Shown: piece after piece, positions 38,439 to 47,943 of the stretch
Layout of the letters: the number at the start of each line of letters is the position of its first letter
How positions within the stretch are numbered: the first letter of the stretch is position 1
IMG/VR virus record: IMGVR_UViG_3300021376_005091
From: an uncultured virus (IMG/VR IMGVR_UViG_3300021376_005091)
Taxonomy: Duplodnaviria; Heunggongvirae; Uroviricota; Caudoviricetes
Length of the DNA stretch: 64,000 bases
Reading direction: 5' to 3' (one strand)
Position numbers and translations under genes: made by a program
Notes under the pieces: model-generated
The model's input: only the letters and a program-made list of their open reading frames with translations
Told to the model about the DNA's origin: nothing
Databases searched by the model: none

Positions 38439-40016
38439 ATGCGCATCAACGAGATAAACGCACCAGTGCAACCAGACACCTATGAAGCCAGCATGTTCCT
38501 CACACAGGCCATCAGGGCGGGCAAATACGCGATAAAATTACACAATTTACTCAGCAACGACCAGGAGATGGAATCCTGGGTGGCAAAAAAGATTGACATA
38601 GCGTCGGGCTACATCAAGGGCATTGCGGATTATCTTGAGACCGAGCACATTTACAAAGAAGATTCCGGCGAGGGACACATGAGCCGAGAGCAGTTGTACC
38701 ACACTGCACAGGCTGCGCTGAAGATCACCACAATGGTACAGCCGGGAGATGACATAGAGGGCTGGATACAAACCAAGATGAACCGGGCGGTGGACATGCT
38801 GGACGCGGCCTATCACTACGAGGACTATCAGAAATTGAACCCCTACAGGGAAGAGATAGGCGACCTGCACCAGAGGCACGCTGAGATAGTGAAGAAGAAC
38901 ATAGACGAGATACTGGCCACGGAGACCGCTGTGGATGACATCGAGACCAAGCCCGGCATGCTGAACATATTGAAGAAGCGCGTGCAGCAGTTTGAGAAGG
39001 AGCGCGCCAAGGAGAACAGAGAAAATCAGCAGCATGAGGGGTCGCAGATGTCCGGCAGCATGGCGGCCAGGAAGAAGAAACTGGACATGATGAATCCAGA
39101 TGAGATCAAGGCATATTTTCAAAATAGAGCAGATGTTGCTAAAGCAGCCAGGGGTGGAGTGGTAGCACCAGGATTTTCAGCCAAAGAATTGGCTCAAAGA
39201 CAGGAATTTAGTTTTGGCAGGGAGTTCGCCAAGTCTAGACCTTACAGCAGGCATTTCGAAAGCACACAAAAACCTTACATTAGCCAGTCATCAAAAGGCA
39301 AGTACGACGTGTTGGACAAAAATGGCAAGATCGTGTTCTCATCAGGCAATTACACGGTGGCACAGGATTACTTCAAAAAGAACTACGATAATTTGAAAGA
39401 AGTTGAACTGGACGAGGACCTAAAAGGATTTTTACAAAGATTAGCAGCGGCCGGCATCATTGCAGGCAGCATCGCGGGAGTGGGCACCATCAGCAACGCT
39501 ATAGACAACAGCGTGCCAGTGGTCAAGGCCATGAACTCAGCACTTGACAGTGCCAAGTCACAGGGCAACACACAACTGGCCAAGGAGATAGCCAGCGAGA
39601 TCGAGCAGGTCAAAGTCAGATTGGACGGAGCACATGGGCTGGGCTACGTCAAGAACATGCAGGACAAGTATGCCAATTACATGCCCAAGAAGGAAGAGAT
39701 GCAGAGGACACCATTCAAGTCACGGATCATGAAGAAGCTGGGAGAGCCAGTGCGACAGTACATGGCCAGCAAGGAGAAGCAAAATCAAGAACCACCAAAG
39801 ACCGACGCTGACAAAAAAGAGGAAGTCAGCTATGAATCACATCTGGCGGACAACCTCAGAATGGCACTGGAGGTCACAGACATCACGGAGAAGCAGGACG
39901 CCTGCTACCACAAGGTCAAGAGCCGTTACAAGGTATGGCCATCAGCCTACGCATCGGGGGCGCTGGTGAGATGTAGGAAGGTTGGAGCGGCCAACTGGGG
40001 CAACAAGAGCAAGTAA
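38439..40016 (+). CDS. Modular late protein, putative internal head protein
   Basis: TAAATA 5 nt upstream; MRINEI leader; duplicated N-terminal helical domain; C-terminal DACYHKVKSRYKVWPSAYASGALVRCRK module. Confidence 0.65.
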   Translation: MRINEINAPVQPDTYEASMFLTQAIRAGKYAIKLHNLLSNDQEMESWVAKKIDIASGYIKGIADYLETEHIYKEDSGEGHMSREQLYHTAQAALKITTMVQPGDDIEGWIQTKMNRAVDMLDAAYHYEDYQKLNPYREEIGDLHQRHAEIVKKNIDEILATETAVDDIETKPGMLNILKKRVQQFEKERAKENRENQQHEGSQMSGSMAARKKKLDMMNPDEIKAYFQNRADVAKAARGGVVAPGFSAKELAQRQEFSFGREFAKSRPYSRHFESTQKPYISQSSKGKYDVLDKNGKIVFSSGNYTVAQDYFKKNYDNLKEVELDEDLKGFLQRLAAAGIIAGSIAGVGTISNAIDNSVPVVKAMNSALDSAKSQGNTQLAKEIASEIEQVKVRLDGAHGLGYVKNMQDKYANYMPKKEEMQRTPFKSRIMKKLGEPVRQYMASKEKQNQEPPKTDADKKEEVSYESHLADNLRMALEVTDITEKQDACYHKVKSRYKVWPSAYASGALVRCRKVGAANWGNKSK

Positions 40017-40017
40017 A

Positions 40018-40137
40018 ATGCGCTATTACGAATTCATATCAGAGAAATGGAGCGGCAAGTACAAGCGCTCAATCAACTGCGCCAGGCCAAAGGGTTTCAG
40101 CCAGAAGGCCCACTGCGCAGGCAGGAAGAAGAAATGA
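40018..40137 (+). CDS. Small basic protein, 39 aa (not in the ORF track)
   Basis: MRYYEFISEKWSGKYKRSINCARPKGFSQKAHCAGRKKK; abuts both neighbours. Confidence 0.65.
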   Translation: MRYYEFISEKWSGKYKRSINCARPKGFSQKAHCAGRKKK

Positions 40138-40523
40138 GGATAGCTGAGATAATCACTGAGAAGTGCTGGAAGGGCTATGAGAAGAAGGGCATGAAGACCA
40201 TGTTCGGCAAGCGAGTGCCCAACTGCGTCAAGAAGGAAGACATCGACATCTGCGTCAACTGCGGCGATCTTTTGTTCAACGAATCACTGGACGAGAACCT
40301 CAAGAAATGGTTCAAGCAGAAATGGGTCAGGTTCGGACCCGATGGCAAAATCAGGGGTGATTGCGCCAGAGGTTCAAGCAAGGAGGGCAAGCCCAAGTGC
40401 CTGCCCAGAAGCAAGGCCTACGCACTGGGGAAAAAGGGACGGGCCAAGGCAGGCGCAAGGAAGCGCAGACAGGACCCCAACGCAAACCGAAAAGGCGCGG
40501 CCAAGAACGTCAAAACCAAATAA
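40134..40523 (+). CDS. Basic late protein with MRIAEI leader (start moved to 40134)
   Basis: CWKGY...VPNCV and LKKWFKQKWV...KPKCLP modules; ATGA overlap. Confidence 0.65.
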   Translation: MRIAEIITEKCWKGYEKKGMKTMFGKRVPNCVKKEDIDICVNCGDLLFNESLDENLKKWFKQKWVRFGPDGKIRGDCARGSSKEGKPKCLPRSKAYALGKKGRAKAGARKRRQDPNANRKGAAKNVKTK

Positions 40524-40596
40524 AGCATCAAAAACAGCTAGATTTTCGTAAAATAATAATATATTATTATAATACAGCATTTAATAAATACATCGT

Positions 40597-41733
40597 ATGG
40601 CACGCAAATCCAACAGCACACACGACTTCGCAGACCTAGTGAGAAGGCTCAACGAGATGAGCAACATGACTCCAGAACAGGAGCGCCAGGAGCTGCTGGA
40701 GGCTGCCAAGAAAGAGCCCAGAGTGCTGGACGACAGGCAGATCACATTAGCGGACATCGCGAGACTGGCCGGCATCAAGGAATTCCGAGAACCCACCAAG
40801 ATCTCCGCCAAGGCAGAAAAGTTGATAGAATCAATCACCAGCGAAAAGAGCGACATAACCAAAGCCATCGAGGAATCAGACAAGAAACTGCCCAAGAAAC
40901 CAATCAAAGAGGCAAAGAAAAAAACAAATAGATTAGAAAAGATTGCTGAACTAGAGGCCAAGTTGGCAGAATTGAAAGCAGAACAAAAAGAAGAGCAGAC
41001 CTATGACGCAAAGACATTCAGAGAAGTGGTGCAAAAAGATGTACAGGAGTATATCAAATCATGCGATGAGTCCGCGTTGGTCGAACTTTACAACTCTATT
41101 TCGGAGAATGAAGCAATATACAACGAGGAATCATCAAACATTCTTGTCAAGACTGAGGAAACTAAAGAGATCATCGCCGACGCTGAGAAACAAGAAGAGA
41201 AAGTGATTGCTGAAAAAGAAAAAGCCGCAGAAGAAAAAGCAGAAGCGGTACAAGAAAAGCAACCGGACGCAGCGACCGCAGAGAAGATCAAGAACAACAA
41301 GATGATACTGGGCCCAGATGAAAAGGAAATGATCATGGTCATCAAGCCCGGAAGCGAAGAGGGCGTGATAAAGATACCAAAAAAGGCATGGCCGGAACAC
41401 GAGAAACAGGGCTACATCCAGGCCGAAGACACAGAGGCCACGGGAGAAGCATCAGGATTCCAAGGACAGGCAGAGGCCAGGCAATTTGATGTCAGGCTCG
41501 ATGGTGACTTTGACAGGGAGCGTCCGACGTCAGACGCTGATGCCGACGCAGTGAAGAATGCTTTACAGAATGCTGGCATACAGGCAGAAGTGACGCCAAG
41601 CGAAGCAGATTTTTCATCAGTGTCCATACACACCATGGCGCAGCCAGATGCAGTGATCAAGGCATTGGGAGACATGGTGGATGAGACCAAAGAATACACA
41701 GACGAGCTGTCCGAAGGAAAAAAAAAGAAATAG
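40597..41733 (+). CDS. Acidic/coiled-coil late protein, scaffold- or internal-protein-like
   Basis: TAAATA 6 nt upstream; very E/K-rich; IARLAGI motif. Confidence 0.6.
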   Translation: MARKSNSTHDFADLVRRLNEMSNMTPEQERQELLEAAKKEPRVLDDRQITLADIARLAGIKEFREPTKISAKAEKLIESITSEKSDITKAIEESDKKLPKKPIKEAKKKTNRLEKIAELEAKLAELKAEQKEEQTYDAKTFREVVQKDVQEYIKSCDESALVELYNSISENEAIYNEESSNILVKTEETKEIIADAEKQEEKVIAEKEKAAEEKAEAVQEKQPDAATAEKIKNNKMILGPDEKEMIMVIKPGSEEGVIKIPKKAWPEHEKQGYIQAEDTEATGEASGFQGQAEARQFDVRLDGDFDRERPTSDADADAVKNALQNAGIQAEVTPSEADFSSVSIHTMAQPDAVIKALGDMVDETKEYTDELSEGKKKK

Positions 41734-41751
41734 TCAAATAAATAACGGTGC

Positions 41752-42390
41752 ATGAAACTGGCACCAACACATCACAAATTCAATCCTGACCCTTATTTCA
41801 GAAAACCCATAAGTCAGATCTCTGTGCCCGGCGTTGAGCAGACCGAATTGTTTGACCAAAATGGCTACGACCTCACTAAGCTGGAGAGATGTTACGCTGA
41901 GGCCAATGGACAGGCAGGTCGCTGGCATCGCCCCAACCACTTTGCTTTGAAATATGATTGGTTCGTGGACGAGGAAAATTCTGTCTCAGGCGCGCACATC
42001 AATCATGCCCTTTTATTTGAGAGGAAAGGCTACGTCGGCGAAGCGCTGGCGCAACTGCAGAACTGGGCGCTGAACAATCACCTGATCTACAAGATAATCA
42101 AGATGCGTCCCAAATGGGGCATGGACATCAGCGTTGACTACGTGGACACATCGGGCAATGTTTTCGAGCTGCTGCACTGGGAATATGATGGCTTCAGCTA
42201 CGAGGAGATATCCGAAAAACGACGAAATGTGGAGAAATTTTTACTGTCAGTGGATTGGGACACATCCGCCGCTGAGATGATCGCTAGGAAAAATGAATGG
42301 CATCACCTGGGCTTCTTTGAGCAGAGCGCATGGAAAACCGAGTTCTTTGGCATAGAGAAAGAACGTTTCAAGATGGTGCTGTGGCAATAA
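41752..42390 (+). CDS. Hypothetical late protein
   Basis: TAAATA 7 nt upstream; FDQNGYDL, PKWGMDISVDY. Confidence 0.65.
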   Translation: MKLAPTHHKFNPDPYFRKPISQISVPGVEQTELFDQNGYDLTKLERCYAEANGQAGRWHRPNHFALKYDWFVDEENSVSGAHINHALLFERKGYVGEALAQLQNWALNNHLIYKIIKMRPKWGMDISVDYVDTSGNVFELLHWEYDGFSYEEISEKRRNVEKFLLSVDWDTSAAEMIARKNEWHHLGFFEQSAWKTEFFGIEKERFKMVLWQ

Positions 42391-42400
42391 ATATAAAAGC

Positions 42401-42787
42401 ATGATAGGAATACCGATCTTTTCATACAAGCAATATCTTGATGACATGTCACGTCTTAAGGATCATGGTCACGTGGATGTTGATATCCAACTCAGCAAGC
42501 CTGTAAGCGCAGGTTCGAGGGGATTGAGAAAATTAAAAAGTTTCGTGAAAGACCCCGTGCACCTCATGGGCGAAGACATGGACGGCCAAAGACCTTCACC
42601 AGCAAATCCCAATCCTAAATTGGAATCAAAGAATAAAAAAGGTAGAAAAAATGAAGCAATAAAGGCTGTGCTAGAAAACATAAGGTATTGCAATACATCA
42701 GGGAAGTTAATTCTACCAGAAGCGATACAGGGTAATTTAAAAATCTGGTTTGAATCCTGTTGGACCAAAGTAAAAAACAAGAAATAA
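42401..42787 (+). CDS. Hypothetical protein
   Basis: TAAATA 7 nt upstream. Confidence 0.5.
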   Translation: MIGIPIFSYKQYLDDMSRLKDHGHVDVDIQLSKPVSAGSRGLRKLKSFVKDPVHLMGEDMDGQRPSPANPNPKLESKNKKGRKNEAIKAVLENIRYCNTSGKLILPEAIQGNLKIWFESCWTKVKNKK

Positions 42788-42816
42788 TTGCGTATCACCT
42801 GTACAGAATATATACT
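42788..42816 (+). promoter_or_regulatory. Sigma70-type promoter
   Basis: TTGCGT-N17-TATACT, 6 nt before ATG 42823. Confidence 0.55.
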
Positions 42817-42822
42817 ATTTGT

Positions 42823-43860
42823 ATGACTTCTAGATTGCTTGATTTAGATATAGTAAACCCTAGAGGTTGGGGAGAATATGGTTTGCCCGGAGATCCTGTT
42901 GAGCATGGACATCAAGTAACAGAAAACGATATTGAAAATTTAAAAAAACATTATGGCTTGAAAATATCATATCATAATATCAACGGCAACAAATACAAAC
43001 TTATTTCATTATTACACAAAGATGCTACAGATACAATAGTATCTATTCTTGGAGGAGATGGCAAATATTATGTTATAGACTCTAACGACATACCAAATGG
43101 TTTAATTATGCCTTTCTTTGAATATTGTATTGCAAAAAAATTAAATCTTATTATCATCGACCCAGATCATCCATTAGAGCACGCCTGGCAGGTAAGAATG
43201 AGCTTGCATCCAGATGATCCTTTAGATTATTACAACAGCAGTATAAATGCAACAAAAAATTTAAAAAGTAAAATATGGTTCAAAAAATTTTATATTCAAA
43301 AACAGTGGTTCACAAAAGCTAGAGAATTTTATATTCAACATCATGCAAAAATAAAAAAAGATTTACTTTCAAATAATAAAATTTTATTTGAAACACATAC
43401 TTTCATAACAGATGTTGAAAAGATATTAGAGCACATAAAAAGTTTAAGTAACACGCAGTTATGGCTAATGGGGCATTGTACAGGTGCAAATATTATATCA
43501 ATGATACACGACGTCAACCAATATAATCATCTCTATAGAGGAATAATATTTCTAAATCCGTATTGGAAAAGTAGATGGCGTGAATTAGGACTAGATGAAA
43601 TGAAATATTTTCTCATAAAAATGGCTAAACCATTGCTGATTATTCAACACGCAGAAGATCCTAATAACGGAACACACCCCGAAATAGCTAAAAAAATTAT
43701 TAATGATACAAATAGTACATCGACAAGATATGCAGAACTTAATGGAGGAATAGATCAAGGATGTCCGCATTTTTCTGTGGGTTATCATGGATTTAGAGGT
43801 ATTGAACACAAGGTTATTGATGAAATTAATAATTTTGTTCTAGATCATGGTAAAATATAA
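42823..43860 (+). CDS. Alpha/beta-hydrolase fold protein, AT-rich (start moved to 42823)
   Basis: WLMGHCTGA nucleophile elbow, PLLIIQHAED, HGF. Confidence 0.65.
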   Translation: MTSRLLDLDIVNPRGWGEYGLPGDPVEHGHQVTENDIENLKKHYGLKISYHNINGNKYKLISLLHKDATDTIVSILGGDGKYYVIDSNDIPNGLIMPFFEYCIAKKLNLIIIDPDHPLEHAWQVRMSLHPDDPLDYYNSSINATKNLKSKIWFKKFYIQKQWFTKAREFYIQHHAKIKKDLLSNNKILFETHTFITDVEKILEHIKSLSNTQLWLMGHCTGANIISMIHDVNQYNHLYRGIIFLNPYWKSRWRELGLDEMKYFLIKMAKPLLIIQHAEDPNNGTHPEIAKKIINDTNSTSTRYAELNGGIDQGCPHFSVGYHGFRGIEHKVIDEINNFVLDHGKI

Positions 43861-43865
43861 ATCCA

Positions 43866-43894
43866 TTGATCTAAAATATAAAGAATAATATAAT
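43866..43894 (+). promoter_or_regulatory. Sigma70-type promoter of the replication operon
   Basis: TTGATC-N17-TATAAT followed by AAGGAG RBS. Confidence 0.6.
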
Positions 43895-43913
43895 ACATAA
43901 AAAAGGAGATAAT

Positions 43914-44171
43914 ATGTCAGGAAGAAATTTCAATGAAGCAGAAAAAACCAAGCTGATACAACTGATCAAAGAAGGATCACAGGTGTTGGGAGAGGTAGAT
44001 GATCTCAAAGCAGGACTGCGAGACACAGTGAAAGCACTGGCTGAAGAATTGGAACTCAAGCCAGCCATGCTGAACAAGGCCATCGCGATCGCCCACAAAG
44101 ACAATTATAAATCTGTGGCCGATGACATGGACCTGTTGGATTCGATATTGGCAGCAGCAGGCAAGATCTAG
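43914..44171 (+). CDS. Small helical dsDNA-binding protein (T4 DsbA/GapR-like)
   Basis: Size and helical pattern (EVDDLKAGLRDTVKALAEELELKPAMLNKAI); upstream of the polymerase. Confidence 0.55.
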   Translation: MSGRNFNEAEKTKLIQLIKEGSQVLGEVDDLKAGLRDTVKALAEELELKPAMLNKAIAIAHKDNYKSVADDMDLLDSILAAAGKI

Positions 44172-44452
44172 TGCATGCCTTCATAGCCGAATTTTGGACA
44201 CAGAGCTACCGCACTGATCGCGTGGCTTTTTATTTTGAGCTGATTAGTGTGATATTCACCATATTTGGATCTCTCGCTCTCACTTTCACCAGCCCACATC
44301 CAAAGATGTGGATTGTGTTTCCCCTTTACCTGATCGGTTCTTCCACCATGACCTATTCGGCCTATCGCAGGAGGAACCTATGGATAACTACTTTGGCCGG
44401 CTGGTTCACTGTGATGAACTGTATCGGCAATTACCTGGTATTTTTTAAATGA
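44171..44452 (+). CDS. Small membrane protein
   Basis: Three hydrophobic segments; GTG start coupled to the previous stop. Confidence 0.6.
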   Translation: MHAFIAEFWTQSYRTDRVAFYFELISVIFTIFGSLALTFTSPHPKMWIVFPLYLIGSSTMTYSAYRRRNLWITTLAGWFTVMNCIGNYLVFFK

Positions 44453-47115
44453 GCTACATAGACGCATTCTACAGGAGAGACGACGACAAAGTTTTTGTCG
44501 TTGAGCGAGATCCCAATGGACAGAGACGGTTCGTTGACTATGATGCAAGATATGTTTTTTACTATCCCGATGCCCGAGGCAAGCACAGGAGCATACACGG
44601 AGAGACACTGCAGAAGGTCACCTGCAGCACGTTCAAGGAGTTCATAAAAGAACAGAAGATCAGGAGCAACAAGAAATTGTTTGAACAGGACATCAATCCT
44701 GTGTTCCGCTGCCTGGAGGAGAATTATCTGGGCAAGGATGCTCCCAAGCTCAACGTGGTGTTCTTTGATATCGAAGTGGACTTTGACCCGCAACGCGGCT
44801 ATTCCACCACCGATGATCCATTCATGCCCATCACCGCCATAACCTGTTATCTCAACTGGACCGATCAGCTGGTCACGTTTGCTGTGCCGCCCAAGGAATT
44901 GAGCATGGCAGATGCCAGGCTGCAGGTGGAGAGATTCAGCAACGTGATGCTGTTCGAGAAAGAAAAAGACATGCTGGACGCATTTCTCACGCTGGTGGAC
45001 GAGGGAGATGTCATCAGTGGCTGGAACTCAGAAGGATATGACCTACCCTATGTCGTAGGCAGGATACAGAAGGTATTGAGCTCCGATGACACAAGAAGAC
45101 TGTGTTTTTGGGGAGAAAAACCTAAGAAGAGGACATTTGAAAAATTTGGCAGGGAACAGATCAGTTATGATTTGACTGGAAGAGTGCATCTGGACCTATT
45201 GGAACTATATAGAAAATACACCTACGAGGAGCGGCACAGCTACCGCCTGGACGCCATAGGTGAATGGGAATTGGACGAGAAGAAGACAGTGTATGAAGGA
45301 TCGCTGGACCAGCTGTACAACAATGACTTTGGCATGTTCATAGAGTACAACAGGCAGGACTGCGACCTGTTGGCAAAATTGGAAAAGAAATTAAAATTTA
45401 TTGAGTTGGCCAATGAGATAGCACACCAAAACACTGTGTTGCTGGACACTACCATGGGAGCAGTGGCGGTTACTGAGCAGGCCATTATCAACGAGGCACA
45501 TCGCAGGGGCATGATAGTGCCTGGCAGGGCAAAGAGAGATGAGTCAGCACCTGTTGAATCAGCGGCGGGGGCCTATGTGGCTTATCCCAAGAAAGGCATA
45601 CACGACTGGATTGGCTCCGTGGACATCAACTCGCTGTATCCATCCGTGATCCGAGCGCTGAACATGGGTCCGGAAACAATAGTGGGACAGATACGTCCTG
45701 TGATCACATCAGCGGAGATAAACAGGGCCAAGCACCAAGGCAAGTCCTTCGCCACTGCATGGGAAGGACAATTTGGTTGTTGGGAATATCAAGCAGTGAT
45801 GGACAAGGACAAAGGCACCGAATTGATTGTTGATTGGGAGGATGGAACCAGCGTGAGGATGAGCGCAGCTCAGCTGCATGATCTTGTGTTCGACGGCAAC
45901 AGGCAGTGGATGATATCTGCCAACGGAACAATATTCACCTATGAGTTCGAAGGAGTCATACCTGGACTTTTAAAGAAATGGTATGCTGAGAGGAAAGACA
46001 TGCAGCACAAGATGTCCGAGTGCGGAGAAAATGAAATAGAGAGAGAATTCTGGGACAAGAGGCAGCTGGTCAAAAAAATCAATCTAAACTCGCTGTATGG
46101 CGCGATATTGAATCCGGGCTGCCGCTTCTTTGACATGCGCATAGGCCAATCAGTGACGTTGACCGGCAGATGCATCACGCAACACATGGCTGCCAAGGCC
46201 AACGAGATCATTGCAGGAAAATATGATCACGTGGGCGAGAGCGTGATCTACGGTGACACTGACTCCGTGTATTTCTCGGCCTACGCCACGCTGCAGGATG
46301 ATATAAAATCTGCAAAAATACAGTGGAACAAGGAAAGTGTGATCGCCCTGTATGACAAGATAGCAGAAGAGGTCAATGGCACATTCACAGCATTCATGAC
46401 TCGAGCGTTCCATTGTCCCAAGACCCGCGGTGACGTGATACGTGCAGGCCGAGAACTGGTGGCCAGCAAGGGACTGTTCATAACCAAAAAAAGATACGCT
46501 CTCTTGTATTTTGACAAGGAGGGCGAGCGTGTGGACACGGCAGGCAAGGAAGGTAAGGTCAAAGCGATGGGTCTGGACCTCAAGCGTTCTGACACTCCGG
46601 TATTCGTACAGGACTTCTTGAGCGACATACTGTATCTGGTGCTGATAGGCAAAACTGAGGCAGAAGTGCTAGATCGAATCAAGCAGTTCCGGGGTGAATT
46701 CAAATCCAGGCCGGGCTGGGAAAAAGGATCTCCCAAGCGTGCCAACAATGTGACAGAATATCACGAAGAGGAGAAGAAGAAAGGCAAGGCCAACATGCCT
46801 GGCCATGTGAGAGCTTCGATCAACTGGAACATCTGCAGAGACATGTATGGCGACAGATACAGCCTGCCAATCACGGATGGAGCCAAGGTGATAGTGTGCA
46901 AATTAAGAAATAATCCCCTTGGATACACGTCTATAGCATATCCAGTGGATGAGCAGAGGTTGCCGGAATGGTTCAAACAACTGCCGTTTGATTCCGATGG
47001 CATGGAACAGAGTGTGCTGGATGGCAAGATTGATAATCTGATTGGTGTGCTGGAATGGGACGTGAGATCCACAGAAAGCAGCAACACGTTCAACAGATTG
47101 TTCGAGGTGGCATGA
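44449..47115 (+). CDS. Family B DNA polymerase
   Basis: Exonuclease FDIE, GWNSEGYD, YNRQD; polymerase DINSLYPS, KKINLNSLYG, YGDTDS, KKRY. Confidence 0.97.
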   Translation: MSYIDAFYRRDDDKVFVVERDPNGQRRFVDYDARYVFYYPDARGKHRSIHGETLQKVTCSTFKEFIKEQKIRSNKKLFEQDINPVFRCLEENYLGKDAPKLNVVFFDIEVDFDPQRGYSTTDDPFMPITAITCYLNWTDQLVTFAVPPKELSMADARLQVERFSNVMLFEKEKDMLDAFLTLVDEGDVISGWNSEGYDLPYVVGRIQKVLSSDDTRRLCFWGEKPKKRTFEKFGREQISYDLTGRVHLDLLELYRKYTYEERHSYRLDAIGEWELDEKKTVYEGSLDQLYNNDFGMFIEYNRQDCDLLAKLEKKLKFIELANEIAHQNTVLLDTTMGAVAVTEQAIINEAHRRGMIVPGRAKRDESAPVESAAGAYVAYPKKGIHDWIGSVDINSLYPSVIRALNMGPETIVGQIRPVITSAEINRAKHQGKSFATAWEGQFGCWEYQAVMDKDKGTELIVDWEDGTSVRMSAAQLHDLVFDGNRQWMISANGTIFTYEFEGVIPGLLKKWYAERKDMQHKMSECGENEIEREFWDKRQLVKKINLNSLYGAILNPGCRFFDMRIGQSVTLTGRCITQHMAAKANEIIAGKYDHVGESVIYGDTDSVYFSAYATLQDDIKSAKIQWNKESVIALYDKIAEEVNGTFTAFMTRAFHCPKTRGDVIRAGRELVASKGLFITKKRYALLYFDKEGERVDTAGKEGKVKAMGLDLKRSDTPVFVQDFLSDILYLVLIGKTEAEVLDRIKQFRGEFKSRPGWEKGSPKRANNVTEYHEEEKKKGKANMPGHVRASINWNICRDMYGDRYSLPITDGAKVIVCKLRNNPLGYTSIAYPVDEQRLPEWFKQLPFDSDGMEQSVLDGKIDNLIGVLEWDVRSTESSNTFNRLFEVA

Positions 47116-47116
47116 C

Positions 47117-47935
47117 ATGTTAAGCATAGAAGAAATCAAGTTGCTGATAGAGAAATTGGAAAAAATTAAATCACACGATTTTCAAAAATTAATCGATGAT
47201 AATCTCAAAATATTGAAAGAGTTGGCCACCACAGTTGATATCAATAATCAAGATCAGATAGATAGACTGGACAAGACCAAGGACTGGTATGCCAAGGACA
47301 TGGAGTGGCGCCACGAGAGACGAGAGGGATTCAATGATAAACTGTTGTTTGATAAAATTGAAAGCAAGATTGGACAGTTTTCTAAAATGGGGGCCAGTTC
47401 TGCCCTATACAACAGTTTAGAAATTGGGCCAGGATACGGAAAATTTAGTAGATTATTTTTGGCATGGAGATTAAACTTCTATGTGGACATATTGCCGCAA
47501 TGCCACAGCAAAATTAAAAAATTGTTCAATCCACAGCAGCACAAATACATCAAGTTTTACACCACAGATAGAACCGCATGCCATGAGATACCGGACAATG
47601 CAGTGAATTTTGTTTTCAGTTGGGACACATTTACATTTTTCACGCAGGAACACATAAGAGAATATCTCAAAGATATATCCAGAGTTATCTTACCAGGTGG
47701 CTATGTGTTTATACATTATGCCAATTGCGAATATGATCGTGATCTTCACGAGGCCAAAAGGGGCTATTGGAATTACAATACTAAATCTGCCATGACAAAA
47801 ATCATCCAAGAAACTGGATATGACGTGTTAGAGATGGATCAATTCTCTCCAGGGAATAACTATGCCATATTTAAGAAACCTGGTAAAGATAATCCTGTGT
47901 TATATCAAGTCATAGAAGTGCCTGTGGAAAAATAA
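47117..47935 (+). CDS. Class I SAM-dependent methyltransferase
   Basis: LEIGPGYG, VNFVFSW, RVILPGG. Confidence 0.8.
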   Translation: MLSIEEIKLLIEKLEKIKSHDFQKLIDDNLKILKELATTVDINNQDQIDRLDKTKDWYAKDMEWRHERREGFNDKLLFDKIESKIGQFSKMGASSALYNSLEIGPGYGKFSRLFLAWRLNFYVDILPQCHSKIKKLFNPQQHKYIKFYTTDRTACHEIPDNAVNFVFSWDTFTFFTQEHIREYLKDISRVILPGGYVFIHYANCEYDRDLHEAKRGYWNYNTKSAMTKIIQETGYDVLEMDQFSPGNNYAIFKKPGKDNPVLYQVIEVPVEK

Positions 47936-47943
47936 TTCAACAC

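Larger units (their letters stand above)
2122..42393 (+). promoter_or_regulatory. Dispersed T4-like late promoter motif TAAATA/TAAGTA (span of the main sites)
   Basis: Sites at 2122, 6233, 9793, 12371, 13235, 14380, 20074, 21995, 23233, 28876, 30832, 34905, 35506, 37019, 37955, 38428, 40585, 41739 and 42388, just upstream of gene starts. Confidence 0.75.

Noticed and set aside
44449..47115. Intein, intron or split in the DNA polymerase
   Set aside because: Continuous 888-aa ORF with all motifs at normal spacing
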